Assembly: GCA_000934665.2 (NCBI GenBank)
Contig: KZ538515.1
Span: 1-64,000 of the forward strand
Length of the DNA: 64,000 bases
Direction of reading: 5' to 3'
From: Catajapyx aquilonaris
Taxonomy: Eukaryota
Part shown: positions 23,658-38,600 of the stretch, one piece after another
Numbering within the stretch: the first letter of the stretch is position 1
How the letters are laid out: each line of letters opens with the position of its first letter
Notes under the pieces: model-generated
Told to the model about the DNA's origin: nothing
The model's input: the letters and a program-made list of their open reading frames with translations, nothing else
Database searches by the model: none
Translations under genes and position numbers: made by a program

Positions 23658-25280
23658 AGATTTGCTTTGGTGCGTCATGAGAAATGTTATGGGTATTCAC
23701 GATAGTCATCTCATTATTTTAATTCTGGTAATATGTGTGCTATTGAGTTTATGAATTGCTATTATTAAATTAATAAACAGTAAGCTGATAAGGTAGGGGA
23801 GACTCACGAATTTGGAACACCCTGTATTTTTAAAATAGAAAGGACTACTGTGCCCCATGGACCACTGTGCCCCGTTCTCCCCTAATATACTATACATTTT
23901 ATCACCCCATATAGAAATTATGCGGATTTAAAAACTGGAACGTATTTAGTGTAGATGCAGTTTTTGCACGGTGCGGTGTTGAGATTTGCTTCGAGTGGGA
24001 CTCATGAGAGCGTCTTTTGTTAAGGGGACAAGAGAGTCAGTTGTAAGGTCACCTCTGAACAGTCCTATATTTGTATCTGAACGAACAGGAGGGGCACACA
24101 TGGAAACTTCCTCACACTGATGCAGCGATAAAAGAAAATTATTGTATTTTGGCGCACTTGGAAACAATTTTGTTTAAACGGCACAATAAATATATTGTTC
24201 TCCGTTCCAATGAAGTGTATACGACCTGCACGACACAAAAAAATAGTCTGTACTTATTTGTATACAAGATGTCCTCCAACATCGTGCTACGACGAAGCGG
24301 TCTTCGAAGAATATATGTCCATTCAGCTGGAACCCTTAGCATATGTGATGCTACCTGTGACATTGCTGTGACAATGACTCACTTTCACAAGCATGGTTCG
24401 CGATCAGTCTTATGGTGGCATGTCCTCTCGGAGAAAGACGTTCAAAGAAGTTCTTCGAAACAATCCCCTATACCTTATTTCAAACATTGCCCCCTTAGTA
24501 TTTTCATTCATTTTCTTATGTTATAGTAGAGTAGGTTATAGTAGGTGTTATATCAGGTTTCTAGCCACCTGCGTTAGTTAAAACTATTAAATTAATGAAG
24601 CCTGCAGCAGTGTAGCCTGAGCCAATGAAAAAGCGACTTGAAATGTAAAAATTCCTCGGGTGGCCTTGATGTGAGTGGCTCGACACATTGCGAACACTCC
24701 ATTTATTTCCTGCTGGTACAGCAATGTCTATAGACCGTCTACAGACTTAATGCTGATAAGAACAGGTGACCTATCGACCTCCAGAATGCCAACACTTCCT
24801 GTTCCATCTCCGAAAGACACGCAAGCGATTTAGTTACCTGATCATTTGACTTTCATTCAGATCAAAATAACATAGGGGTCTGCTATATAATTGGGCGAGA
24901 GTACAAGCAAATCCGGTATGAACAAAAAACGTGAACAGTATATATGTTGTATTTTCAAAAGGTGCATTAATGCATATTACTTACGTTATACTTTCTAGCT
25001 GTGTCCCAGACATGTTTTATTCGGTATAGCACAGCAGGATAAAGTTGTTAGTGTTTTTTTCGCTTCCTGTGCGGCTTCCAACCTTTGTACTGTGAGATTG
25101 TGGCATGGTCTTCGGATGTAGGTGGTGGTATTTCCGTAAGCTTGAGCAGTAGCAAGTGTAAATGTTGGTTATACCATGGAAAGTTGACATAACTGACCTT
25201 TTGGAACACATAATTTTTCACTGCTCATTTTGCTTGACCAAGTTTGTCGCACCCAACCCTTGTAGTATCATGAATCTGAC

Positions 25281-25868
25281 AAGGGAGATGTAAGTGTTGT
25301 CAATGGAGTTGCTCAATGAAACTTGGCACAATAATATAGGCGGGTAAGTTATTAAACAAAATGCAAACCGTTTCGGCGAATGCCTACAAGGTCAAAAGTT
25401 ATAACCTCTCGAACTCACAAGGGACACTTTCCAAGGTGTCACCGATTTTCTTGAAATTTGGTACATTGGTAGACCACCCCAAGGGATGAAAAACGCGCCT
25501 AAAGTGACCTGCTCAAAATGACCCGGTGACCCCTTTTTGGGGGGTAGAGGTCAACTTGTAAATGCCGAAAACTTATGGATTTTCTTGAAATTCGGTGCAT
25601 TGGTAGCCACCAAAAAGGGGTCACCGGGTCATTTTGAGCAGGTCACTTTAGGTGCGTTTTTCATCCCTTGGGGTGGGCTACCAATGTATCGAATTTCCAG
25701 AAAATCGGCGACACCTTGGAAAGTGTCCCTTGTGAGTTCGAGAGGTCATAACTTTTGACCTTGTAGACATTCGCCGAAACGGTTTGCATTTTGTTTAATA
25801 ACTTACCTGCCTATATTATTGTGCCAAGTTTCATTGAGCAACTCCATTGACAACACTTACAGTTCCCT
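25281..25868. repeat. Near-perfect ~260-bp inverted repeat inside a repeat element (Helentron-associated or foldback)
   Basis: 25281-~25541 is the reverse complement of ~25609-25868, with few mismatches. The spacer carries a further copy of the internal unit gattttcttgaaatt(t/c)ggt(a/g)cattggtag. Confidence 0.88.
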
Positions 25869-26816
25869 GCTTGTGAGCAGCGTAATATCATGGGTTTTTT
25901 TTTGCGTGGTAATTTAATTAGATTTAATCTGAAATTCATGTGATTAAATTTTGAATGTCATGTAAAATAAGCTCACATAAATCTTAATGTGTAGCCTAAA
26001 AATGAATCAGACTTATAGAAAATGTTATTTAGTATTAGTAACTGCAAATGAACTGGTATGTGTATAATATTATGTAGATACCACAGCAGCAACCTACAGC
26101 ACTAAGAATTTTCAAATAAGCTTACTATGCAGAACGTCTGAAATTATGAGCATATGATCTCTACATGAAATGATCTACAATTAATATTTTCGAAAGTATA
26201 GATAAAAGTCCAGGTATCTTAGGCCCATGTATTCCCTACAGCACATGCACCCCACCTTGATTGTAGCTGTTTTTTTCTTTTTTGAGGGCCCTGAATTTTT
26301 CCCCCAATTTCAAGAAAATTAACACGTAGGCAAAGATATGTTTGAGGAATACACAATGTCATTTGTTGGCTTTTGATTAATTAGTTACTTGACACTGTTA
26401 ATTCTCGTAAGCTTGGGGTCACAAAAGAGACCAAACTAAAGCAAGCAATAATGGCTCATTATCACTATGATCGTTATTATCAATGACGTATATAATTCTA
26501 AAGCAACTAAATTACCACGCATGTTGTCATTATAACTTCATTTCATTATTTGCTGGAACTCCATGATCAACAATGTCAGCAGTACAGCACTCTACTTTAA
26601 TAATGTCATCCGTCGTTTACACAGTACAGTATTATATATGGTGAAGTTGCATTACATGTAAAATTACTAAAATAATATAATAAATATTGCATTTGGTTAT
26701 AATAATACTTACAATATTATATATTCTTATTTTGCTGCCGCTCCTAGTGAAAAGTGTTGGTCTTACTGAAGCTCCATCTTATTCAGTTGCAAAATAATTT
26801 GTATTTCTATGTACAG

Positions 26817-27376
26817 CAGGGTGTCCACGATGAACCTCCCTAGTTTCAACTTGCTGTCATTACTCAAGTAACTGGACCATGGTGTCGAAATTGTACAAAT
26901 GAGAAGAGACACTCATCAAGTTTATGTAAAAAAAATCAGTAGCCATTTTACATGTGCTCTTTTAGTAGAAATCACAATTTTAACCCGATAATCTCCCACC
27001 TCGAGGTGCTCTCCAGCATGTCAGGGGTGATGGAGGACACGTCATTATTTGAGTTGTACACTTTAGTTGCATAGACTCTGTCTTGTAATTTGTGATAAGG
27101 AGAAAATGTCCAGCATGTCTATAGCACTTCTGTGATCGACTTCAGCCCAGCTAACCACCACACAACTTGCGTTTTTCCCTTTGAAGATGCTTTGTTTGCA
27201 TCTTTCGACAGCATCCCCCACAGGAGCACCACCACATCATAACAAGCTGTTCCAAAAATTCAAACTGAAACTTGTAGAGTCTCCAGACAATTTAAACACC
27301 CAAAATATTAAATACCTCCCCATGTCTATATTTTTACTGCTCTTTGAAACTAGGGACATTCATTGAGGACACCATG
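26817..27376 (-). mobile_element. Internally deleted IS630-Tc1-mariner transposon with transposase remnants
   Basis: TIRs cagggtgtccacgatgaacctccctagtttca / (rc) catggtgtcctcaatgaatgtccctagtttca. Minus-strand peptide remnants ASSKGKTQVVWWLAGLKSITEV (N-terminal-like), DMLDIFSLSQI and QDRVYATK...VSSITPDMLEST (C-terminal-like) are joined by deletions. Confidence 0.72.
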
Positions 27377-28834
27377 ACTTACAGGTGCACATCTATGTAC
27401 TGTACTAAGTACAGTCTTGAAAGTCATGGATAATCCGTAGATACATCTGATGATGAGCAAGGAACGATGTCGTCACCAAAGGTCATCTTTTGCTCAGTGC
27501 ATTTTCAGTTGTCAGTTTTCCAATTGAATATTACATATACAGTATAGCAAAACGGGCGACTGTGACGAACAAGGTGCTGGATAAGTGGGGAGACAAAGGA
27601 AAGAATCCCAAGTCCAGAGACTTAACCATGTTATCATTTGCAAATTAGAAGGAAGAACCGGATTTCAGGTCTTCCTCGATCCGAAGGCCGGTAGGATATT
27701 TAATGCCTGTGTTAGAAATAAACAAATTCTATCAGTTCAAAATTTATTATGTTTTTTGTGCCTCCTGAAAAATAGAGGTGCGTTGGACTTGGAATATATT
27801 TTATTCTCACCTATTCAATTCAAGAGAAGGGTAGGGGAAGAAAGTATTAATTCATAGTTCACCCCATCAACCAATTAAAGAGAAGCAACAGTCACTAATA
27901 TAATTGAATGTGTCACTGTTTATTTATTCCAATTGGTTTCTTCTATTTAAACTGGCTGCAGCTATAGGCGTGAGCAATAAATAAATTCTTCCCCTATACC
28001 CCCCCTGTTGAAATTGGGACGTGGGCCCCCATATCTATATAACTTATCTATACAGTATATAGACCTGTACTATGTTGATGGAACGGCGGTGCAAAAGGCG
28101 AAACTGTGATAACTTATATGACGATGAAAAGTTAGGTCAGGTCAACTTTCGCGTATACTTTCTACTGTGGCTAGGTTGTTGTGTTAGGTCAGCGTATGTA
28201 CGTGTCACTTTATCATAATGAGGAAATTGATGTAAGTGTGCGTGCGTGTTCAGTTGGGAAGAGGTGAGCTGGTACTGCGTGCTGCTTATAATTGCCATCA
28301 GCGCCATGTAGGGTATAAAATAAGAGCTGGTGTCAGTGGAATGGAAGACTGATGACCACATAATCATCATCATGAGATGGACTTCTATACTACTGTCAAT
28401 GCGTCTATACGCATGACCCGGTTTGCATCGCCTGTATACAGCAATAATAGGGCTATCCCGCTGACGGACACTGTGTGTATAGATGATAAAAACTTAAATG
28501 CCATTGGATTTGCTTTAAAAAAAATTACGGTGATGATTTAAATGGTCACCGATTTCAAATTAAACGACCCAAAAATGCAATATTCCAGATGTCAGATCCA
28601 ATACGGCTGACCAATATGATTGTAAAAATATGGCTCCAATAAGTGAAAACTTGTGATGAGGATTTAAAATGTTGCTGAGTGTCAAAACATCCAACGTATA
28701 CACCTCAAAAATATTTATGTAACAATAATTATTTAGAGTGCATATGGGTATATAGATGGTACAAATAAAACGGTCTTTCCAATTAATTGTTGTGGTGCAT
28801 ACAGCTGTTGCTTTTGCGCTAATGACAATACCAA

Positions 28835-29490
28835 AAAGGATCCCTTTCTGGATTGTATTTCCTTCTGACCGCCACAATTTTAGTGTAAATTATTCGTAAT
28901 AATGTGAAATGAAAAAGTGAAACTCAGTTTTGTCCTATATAGCTCTTCTGGTCATTTGAACGTCACAATTTTACAGTTTCTTGCATCATTTTTTAATCGT
29001 CACAGGAGGAGCTAATATAGGAACATTACATTATTTTTATTTTTATTTTTCAAGCAATTTGTATAAAGCCTACCTGTTATTCATAAAAAACAGAAATCAA
29101 TGATTTTGTGTCCAAAATCATATCCTCCCATTGTTTTACCCCATTTGAACCTGTGTAAACAGTGCTGAAAAATAATTGATTTCATTAAATATCTTATTTA
29201 GTGAAAATATGCAACTCTAAAAATCGAGAGTCGTATAGCATTCCCTGATAAATTAGAATAAATATATATACCGATTCTATAGTCTTTTGCTGAGATTTTA
29301 AATGGAAAATTTGTAAAAATTGCAAATTTTTCTCAAAACTCGAACAGAGAGTAGCCTACAAAACTGAGTTTCACTTTTCATCTAACATTATAAGAACAAC
29401 TTCCACTAAAAATACACGGTCGGATGAAAAAAACAACAACAGATGAATCAACGTGTGATATAGGATCCCTTCAATGGAAGGGATCCTTTT
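28835..29490. mobile_element. Degenerate MITE with ~100-bp inverted arms (solo arms at ~23140-23245 and ~48660-48770)
   Basis: aaaagtgaaactcagttttgt (~28912-28933) vs acaaaactgagtttcactttt (~29358-29378); ggatccctt occurs near both ends. Confidence 0.6.
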
Positions 29491-30778
29491 ACATGGTGGA
29501 GTAGCCAAATACGGTTTTCTACTAATAACTTCGGCACCTTTTACTCTGCCACTTTTCTACAAAAACGAGATGTCTCTATTTTTGGAGCAATTACGAAAGA
29601 ATCGATGTTTTCTTCAGGATCAGCGATCAAAAGGAGTCTGCCTTGAAGAAGATATACCTTCGATCGCTGCCACGTGCATGTCTCATAAGATTAAAAACCA
29701 ATTCTAGAGCTGTTTTATTCCAATTCTGCTGCTGTTTTATTCATATTTATGCTGCAGTGTTCCAGCTCATCATTGCAGAATGTTCGTAATAATTTGACTT
29801 TATGACTATAACAACCACTATACCACTCTGTCTATATTATCAACTGTAAACATTTGAGTTAATCACGGCCTGATTACATTAATAAGGTTCCACATAAGAC
29901 CACCATAGTAACAAAAAATTTCTACGCTTTTGTAATATGCATATAATTATAATTAAGCTAGAAGTGACATCAGAGGCACCTTAAATCTATCTTGTTTCAT
30001 ATAGAATATATCATTGTTACCCGTCTGTATACACAAGGGCTTTCTGAGAGGCACATAATGGGGTCTGATAATCCAGACCACTTTCAATCCCCGTTGTAGG
30101 GACTGTAGATTATGTGAATCACATTATGAAGCAGATGCCAACGCAGAGATGCTGGACTCCGACATTTCTCATTTTCGAAGTTATTTCTAATTTGGCTTAT
30201 GCCCAAATAGGAATTAAATGGGTCACACAATATCAAAATTTGTCTCAATTTCATTATAAAGGAAATTAGAAGTTACGTCATGTTGGCATCATCGCAATAT
30301 GCGTGTACAGCAAAGGTAATAAAAATGTTGCAATGTATGTTATACTGTAGGCTATTTAAAACAGAGCAGTCTGTCAATTACAGTAATTTTCATTTTAGAA
30401 GTTCCGTTCTGACGTCAGGACGACGTAGATAAATGTCACGACGTTACAGTCATCGTCGTCTATACGTCGACATTCTTCACCACTATATTTTGGAATTGTT
30501 TTGCTTCAGCAACTACCTTAGTGGGAGATTGACCTGGCCGTCTGACTCACCCTGTACACTGCTGATAAAGGAAGAAAAAAAAAGTTTCAGTTGGTTGCGC
30601 CGCGCATACTCCCAAATCCATCTCCAACTGAAGGTGGTCGATTCCATTTTCACATTCACTTTGGGACATGTGCTTTCAATTGGTTTTAAAATATGTAATG
30701 GCTACAAACAAAATATATAGTTCAAACGTATAACTGTTATCGAAGTAGGAAGATAACTTGGAATTGCACGAAAGGTCC

Positions 30779-31047
30779 ATGAAGACCTCGGGGGAAGAAC
30801 GATCAAGGTTCACCTTTCAGTTGTCAAAAATGAGTTGCATATCTCAGAAGATAGTTTCACTGTAGCCTATATGGAATATGATGGTTTGGCCGTGGTTATG
30901 TAGTAATCATCATATATGTAACTATATGGAAGGCCCTGAAAATGGGATTTACAATAGAACCTTATGGGCCTTCGAAATTTGAAATTGGAATATCTCAATT
31001 TCACCTGAGGTGGACCGCCTTAATCGTTCTTCTCCCGAGGTCTTCAT
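30779..31047. mobile_element. MITE with ~25-bp TIRs
   Basis: atgaagacctcgggggaagaacgat ... atcgttcttctcccgaggtcttcat. Confidence 0.72.
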
Positions 31048-32732
31048 ATAAACTCTGGATATAGAAGACATGGATCAGACGTATTATATTGGTGGCATTT
31101 ATTCTAAACCTAATTTCATCATCTATTATATACTGATGCATCTAGGGTTAAATCCAACTTATCGTTTATTATAGCTGCACAAAATGCCAAAGAAGAGCCT
31201 TCAGGTTGCAACATATTTTGGTTTGTGAGATGTGACCAATTCAAGACATCCGTAAAGAACATTGTTACCTGCAGTTATAGTGGTGGACATTGTAGGCTTA
31301 CAGCTGGTATAGTAGCGGCGCGGCGCGGCGAAGCAATATTTAAAAATTACGAGCACCAGAGCACGGTATCACTTTATTGCTGCTGAACATGTACAATAAT
31401 GAACTATGAATGGGGAGAAGGTTTGTAGCTATCCTGTCCAAGGCTATCAATTGAGAGGTCGCACGCGAATCACACACGACAAGCCTGGAAATAAAATAGT
31501 TACAGACAACCCCAATAGGTCTGTTAAGGTGAATTGACATATATAATATGCACCTATGCCCGTTGTTCCCCATCGCAGCCTCATAGCCGCCGCAGTGTCA
31601 AACCTGAAAGAGGTCACCATTGAACTATAGTTCGATTCAAAATAATTCAGAGAATATAATATGTTGCACTGACAGTGAGGTCAACCCGGACTGCTTATAT
31701 AGTTTGTAAGGTACGGTATATGAACGGATTCCATTCCCACACAGGGTCAAGGTGAAGTTGCTCTGCTGGAGATATCCTGTTATCGTAAATATTAGGAAGT
31801 TTTGGTTACAAAAAACGTAATTGACTGTGTACATAAATGACTGAGTATATTCATTATGCTGATGGCACTGAACTTGCCAAGTGAGGTGGCTATTTAGACA
31901 GAGTACTTATACCACAATCTGATATAACACTATGTTTACTGATAGAGCATTGTATACAGGGTCTGAACTCATGAGCAGCACTGTTGCTAATCAAATGGGT
32001 ATAATTATGGAAAAAAAAAACTTTGAACACAGTGTTACGATAAGATCCACATTGAGGACCTTTTTGTCACAATGCAAGAAATGAGTTTGTCACCAGTTAT
32101 TGGACTCACATGTGTCACAGGTATAAAATTAGCATTATTTGACTATTTTGTTCACTATTCGATGGTAGAAATATGTTTAGCATACGGTAGACTATCGTTG
32201 ACCAATGACCATGCTCAACAGCCTCCATATTACCTGAGAAAGCCTGAACATAAGTACGCCATCTGATTGGTAATAAGGCTACTCCCATAATATTGAGATA
32301 TGACGGGATAATATAAATCATTGGAAACTTGTCGATGATTGATTTCAATTAATTATGGCAAATGCTTCGGATCATGACCTTCAGAAGTCCTGTGACGCAG
32401 CTGTCAAAATATAGCCTGCTGTTATATCCTACAGTAAATTGATTCCTTGCAGTGTCGAAACACACTGCTGGCATTGCAAAAGTAATTATGACCAAAAGTT
32501 ACTCGACACCCTTCCGGTGTCCGGTGTCCGGTGTCAGCAAGTGGACGAATGTCACCACCTGACATCACCCACACACACCCGGCTCCTGGCCAAAGTCTAA
32601 CTTCGAATGAGTTTAACCCTGAACTACTTTTGTAACTGTAGACACTGTCTTAGTCTCCCTTGAGTCATTACTCGTACATAATGTGAGTGCGTAAAAAATA
32701 TAATTCAAAAGTTCACCCGACACTTGTCTATA

Positions 32733-33129
32733 CAGGGTGTCCGTGAACCGACCAGTCAGACCTGTACCCGTGGCTTAAATGACACGAGAGGATCATGTTA
32801 TGTAGAGGAGACATTATGTCTGGGCAGCCTCATTACTGAGATAATTGCCTTTATACGACAAGTACAAAGTATCCTGGGAGGTATGGAAACCTTCACCCCC
32901 GAAATCGCATCACGGGTGAAAATATAGCAGCTTTTCCATTTGGCTACTAGCATGTCGCATGTGATCTGTGACAATCAGTGACAATCACTCTTAGGCCCAA
33001 TCGCTAAATCGTAAATGATCGATTATCTCAGTAATGAGGCTGCCCAGACATAATGACTCCTCTACATAACATGATCCTCTCGTGTCATTTAAGGTAAAGG
33101 TCTGACTTGGTCGGTTCACGGACACCCTG
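32733..33129. mobile_element. Tc1/mariner-type MITE, ~110-bp TIRs, TA TSD
   Basis: TA|CAGGGTGTCCGTGAACCGACC... and ...GGTCGGTTCACGGACACCCTG|TA; arms are nearly identical. Confidence 0.9.
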
Positions 33130-35419
33130 TATAGAAAACCTAAATTTGGCACTTGGGGCCTACCATGCCTAAAGGCAATATTTTTAAGCCACGTAATGTC
33201 CATATGTCACCAGCAATGACGAGGTCAAAAATTGAAAACCTCAAATCCTAATAAGAATACGGAGGCATATTTCTTTGAAAATATCGCTTTTATACATATC
33301 TAGGACAGGCATTATGTTATGTGGCCTAAAATGGAAATATTAATTCCGATGGGTATATATAACAATATGCAACCAAAATCCAGCTTCAATTCAGGATTTT
33401 CACAATAAGCTTCGTACATCCTATGGGGTTGTGAATGTAAACATAATAGGGGTACTGTAATTAATATTACTAATGCAGCAACAATTATTTACGTCGCATG
33501 TGATTAACGTGACTGACAACTACTCTTTTGACTATAAATGACGTAAATACAGCCGTTGTCGCAAATCACACCCGGAATTATACCTAATGCACTCGTAAAG
33601 TTGTGTATGCATATATACAAGCATAATTTCATGTTCCAATCAATGAAAACTACAAAATGCAATAACTGCTAACAAAATGTACGTTAACAGCACGATTCTG
33701 TCGGTATATTTTAATGTAGGCCTATACCTGACTATATAGATTCGGAAGTGCAATAATGCCATACCGTATGACCTTCAAGTGTACTATATCGATGTCACCT
33801 GAACTACATGTATTGGCATTGTTCAAATTTCAAAAGTCCGCACATCACAAAATTCACTGAATAATTGAATCACCCAGTCTATAAATAAGGAGGTCGACAT
33901 GTAGACTCCACCGGTACCTGAAACGATCAGTTTATGTTCTATCAGAAGCTATAGACCTATTCTATTTTTTTCCCCCCTTCCCCACTGGGGGGTTGGGGTC
34001 GTGGTTTCCTGCTTCAGCTAGATCTTTTTCCGCTTTTGATTCGTGGTGCCCAGCAGGCTAAGCCCACAGCAAAGGTCAGGTGCAACACAAAATATTCAGG
34101 AAGATAATGCATAAGTAAACCAGGCATATACACCGCATCGGTTTTTCTCCTTGAGAACAACCCAGTGCTCCTTCTAAGTCACGAACATGACGTCATATCA
34201 ACATATACGTGTGCAATGATGGGCGGTCTGTTGGTCATGAACCCGTTCCAGAACTATACTAGGACATAATATCCATCTCTTAGATTCTCCTTGTCACCAT
34301 TACGCTTACATAACTGCCAGTATGAGACCAACGACCGCATGGTTTGATGTGGCAACGTCGCATGGATGCGCGCGCAGATACTGTTTTGGGCTGTATAAGA
34401 CAGGGTTGGAGTTATACGAAGGACCGTGTGTATATAGTAAAAGAAAAATAATTATGGCCATGGTAAGGGATTGGGTGGGGTGTGGGGGGGGGGGGGGGGG
34501 ANNNNNNNNNNNNNNNNNNNNNNNNNNNNNNNNNNNNNNNNNNNNNNNNNNNNNNNNNNNNNNNNNNNNNNNNNNNNNNNNGGGGGGTATGTTTGTAACT
34601 GCCTCCCGCCAAAATCTGGCTAGCAGTTTGGCAAAAATCTCCATATGACTTTTGATGGGTTGTGTAACAGTTTTGGCGGGAAAATCGCGGTGAATGCCCC
34701 CAGAAAGAACAGTGTTGCCATATTTCATAAGACGCAGTACAATAAGCATTTTAGACACGTGAGGATGCTTCTCCCGCTCAAAAGCAGCTTTTTTTTCTTC
34801 TTCTTAGAAACAGTTACGCATCCGGCCACTTAAAATCAAGGTTATGACNAATTACACCCCCCCCCCCTTCCAAGACCAGCTCATTTTGGGTTTGTGCATG
34901 AAGACTAGTTTCCCACGTCTTCGTACCATGAAAATTACGGTGCTGAAAATGTCTTTCTTAATCGCATGCTCTCAAAAGAAGGGGGAGGGAAATGTGACGT
35001 CGCTAGTGACTAACTTATTCCTCAAGACGTTGTTGTAAGCAATGGTTTGTAACAACATTGTAAATGTGAAAGTCACGGTTGCGTTTCTTTTCAATGCTCT
35101 CTCTCTCTCTCTAGTTTTTTATTGCGTGCGCACAAGTGTTAGGTGGTGCCCGTTGGAGCCATGGAGATTTCGCCATCCAAGGTCTCAGTTGTTGCTGCAT
35201 TAACCTATACGAACACTTGGGTTGCTGTTATCTACGTTGTGACAAAACTAATGCAAATATATGATTAGCTCTGAAATTGCTAAAGTTATAGGTACACCCT
35301 GTACTGCCCTGCTGCTTATCTACATTATTTTGAGTCTCCCTGTAGATTTAATAAATGTTTACTCAAATCGAGAAAAATTTCATGTATAGGAATATGTGAA
35401 ATATGTTCGAAGTATATTT

Positions 35420-35636
35420 TATTTGTTATTTTTTTACTGTACCCCATTATCGGGCCCTGGCCCCTTGTTAGGGGAGTGGGATACCACCATTTGTTGGAAC
35501 CATATACTGGATATGTCTAGTTGTTCCAAGGGTAAGTATAGGAGGGGATGTGCAAAGTGCAAGTGCAATGTCGTATATTGGTCATTTTGTGAACTCCCCC
35601 GGGTGGTTTAGTCTAGCGGAAATTTCCACCCGAGAC
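35420..35636 (-). mobile_element. 5'-truncated SINE, family A
   Basis: ggtcattttgtgaactccccgggtggtttagtctagcggaaat matches ~15806-15848. Its tail (rc) aaatggtggtatcccactcccctaa...taatggggta resembles the family B tail. Confidence 0.75.
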
Positions 35637-38600
35637 TCCCGAGTTCACCGAGTTCAAAGTATATAATGTGTGTAAGAATATGAGCTCGGTAAATTATATG
35701 CAAGAAGTATTCACGAGGCTACCATGATATAATTAAATGTTAATGATGAGCCGTTCATGACAACACATGGTCAAAAGGCTGTTAAGTGATTGCTGTGACA
35801 CATGTACGGCACTTGGCTGTAAATATAGACTCTGTACACAATCACATGCTATAAATTGCCAAAGGTCAATGCCGATAATATTCATGTTCCATTCCCTACT
35901 TTATCTGACAATTTCACACTATACATAACAAGCATTACTGGGAGTGTTATATAAGGTTAGGTCAACATAATTATATCTGTCACTTTAGCTTTCTTTTGTG
36001 TAGAAAGTTTCAATGACTAAATGACAAGGCAAGTCTCATTTTATATGCCATAAAATGCGGTTTGCCAGTAGTTATGCGAGATGTAAAACATGATTCTGAA
36101 GGTTAGAATAATCAAAATGCGTCATGTGAAGTGGCCCAGTTCGAGACTTTGTTACCTAAGATGAATAATTTCTGATTCTGATTCAGCATTTAAAAATACC
36201 ACTCAGTGCCATGAATAAACATGCACTTATGCAACCAATTAAGGCACAGATTTTTACATGTGTACATACACACGCACTTTTTCTCCAGAAATCGCAAAAA
36301 TACACATAACTTTCATTATCTCGAGTAGTGACACATGCACAACTGAAGCATGAGTTGTAATTTGGGGCACTTGAGATAACGTTCAGAACAATGCTCAGAA
36401 TCAGAATCTGAAGTTCTACAAAACTGACTGACGAAATGAGGAATGTGACTATTTCCAGATATTCCTGAACCTAACTGTGTGTCTTGTGGGTAGAGTGCCA
36501 ATAATGTTGTGGCCTTCACATCTGCTCTAATTTCCATTACTGAGAAAAACCAGCTGCAATATGCAAAATTGTCTGTGACGCCATCGTTTTCTCTGCTCAA
36601 GATCATTGTCCTGAATACGCAAATAAGTCGGTAACCTCGGAGTTGCTTCAGGTACATGGCAATTCCCTAGCATATTCGAAGACCAAAATACTTCATAAGA
36701 CATTTTTAGTTCAGACCTGGCTTCATTACGTATAGTGTATATACAAGTAGAATATCTTGTAAGACATATTAGCTGTCAAGTGGGGTTACTGTACGTGTAC
36801 TATACATGATACTTCCTAGACATGCAATGGTAACCTGATGAAATCTTATAATTGCCATCGCACGCTATAACCACCTAAAATGATGTAAAAAGTATTTTGA
36901 TCTTGTAATACATGCCAAGGAATCGCCTTGCCTCAATCATCTTCGGGAGTCACTGACCACTCCAGTACTGCAATTAAAATGATGACATCATCGATGCAAT
37001 CTATTTTGTAGCTCATCCAACACGTTTTTCCAAGCAATGGAGGTCAGAACATGATTTCGTCCCTCTACATTTCTAGCTTCAGTCGGCTCATACAATCACA
37101 TGGCCTGTGCATCTCTAAGACTGCTATACATACTGTTGGTGACCTGTGTATATTTGCATGGTTATGGCCTGATTATGTCAACAAATCCTGTAAACAACCT
37201 TTGCACATACCCGGACCTGCAAGGCTTATTTTGACTCTGCCCAGATTTTGAAAAACGCCAACTGCATCAGTATACTGTATAGTGTACATCCAGTTCCATG
37301 AAAGGTGCTTAGTATTGTACTGTACACAAACGGGAAGCGGAAGTGTCATTTCATACGCAGCATCTCTTGTTCGCCAGGAAGTATCCAGCAGGGGTACACC
37401 AGTACATGCTAAAAACACGTGTGCTCCATACATGACACGTGACTTTGTGACCAATATGCTGAAACAATAACTGCCTACTGTTTCCAATAGAAAAAAAAAG
37501 GTGAAGCCATAAAATGTACTGTAAGTTGCTCATTTCAAGGATTGTTAAGTCATCACCTAAGGAACCGTTATCCATTCAACCAATCTATTGCTTGTCCCAA
37601 TTCTGGTTATAGGAACCATCAAAAAATTGGAAGCAGATGGCCATCGATGTTGTCCATTTTTTTTGTGTGTCCAATCTTTTTTTTCTGCCTTCATTTTGGA
37701 GGTTGGATTGGAATAAGGCCAAGAGAAAGCCGTAGGAGGAGCAATTCCATGAAACCAAGGTTATGGGGAGGGAAGGATTTGCACACAATGGAAGATGGTA
37801 GGTGTGTGGTGGTGGGGTTGGACTGGGGGGGAGGGAGGGGGAGATGAACATGCGAAGCAGTGTTGCTACATATGGTAACCCTGTTTTTAGGGAGGGCGGT
37901 TTGTGGACAGGATTTTTTTTTTTTTTTGCATGCCCTTAGGGAAGGATTGCAACATTAGACTAAATCAAAAATGGCGTCCGCAACGTCAGCACATGGTCTC
38001 TGGCATTACCATGGTACATGAAAATGGTTAGTGACCTCCAGTTTGTGATACACATGAGAACCTCGATTACGTTGCTGTAAGCTCAAAATGATAATGGTGA
38101 GTGGAAGAGAGTGAGATACTGCATGGGAGAGAAAAAAAAAAATAACGGTTATATGGCCTACTTTCACTAACTTGTAAATCAAAAGTAGGACGCGCATGGC
38201 CAAGCGGAGTGGAACACGCTTTCGGAAATGCGCAGTAAAAAAAAAAATTATAGAGGGGGTAGGTGGTGGAGGTAGATTTAGTACGCAATTTTCCATGTTC
38301 AATGGAGAATACGGTACCGTACACCTCTTGCCACATATTATGCTGGGCGTTGTAGTTGACCCTGTAAAAATTTTGAATTTTTGGTGCTTCAAATAAGTCA
38401 TTGGCAGATTTTTTTGGGCTCTAATATGTTTAATTCATTTTTTTTTTTCAGGTTTGAAATCATGGTACATACATGACCAATATTCGGCAAGTGTACGTTG
38501 CCGTACATCACAATTACAATTTTTCTGATTCAGAACCATTTGACAACAATGGTACCAGGAAGTTGTATATATACCAAACACCCACTTCCTGTTCCATGCA

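Noticed and set aside
34686..34698. CGCGGTGAATGCC, matching the 3' half of miR-124
   Set aside because: The seed region (TAAGGCA) is absent and there is no hairpin partner.
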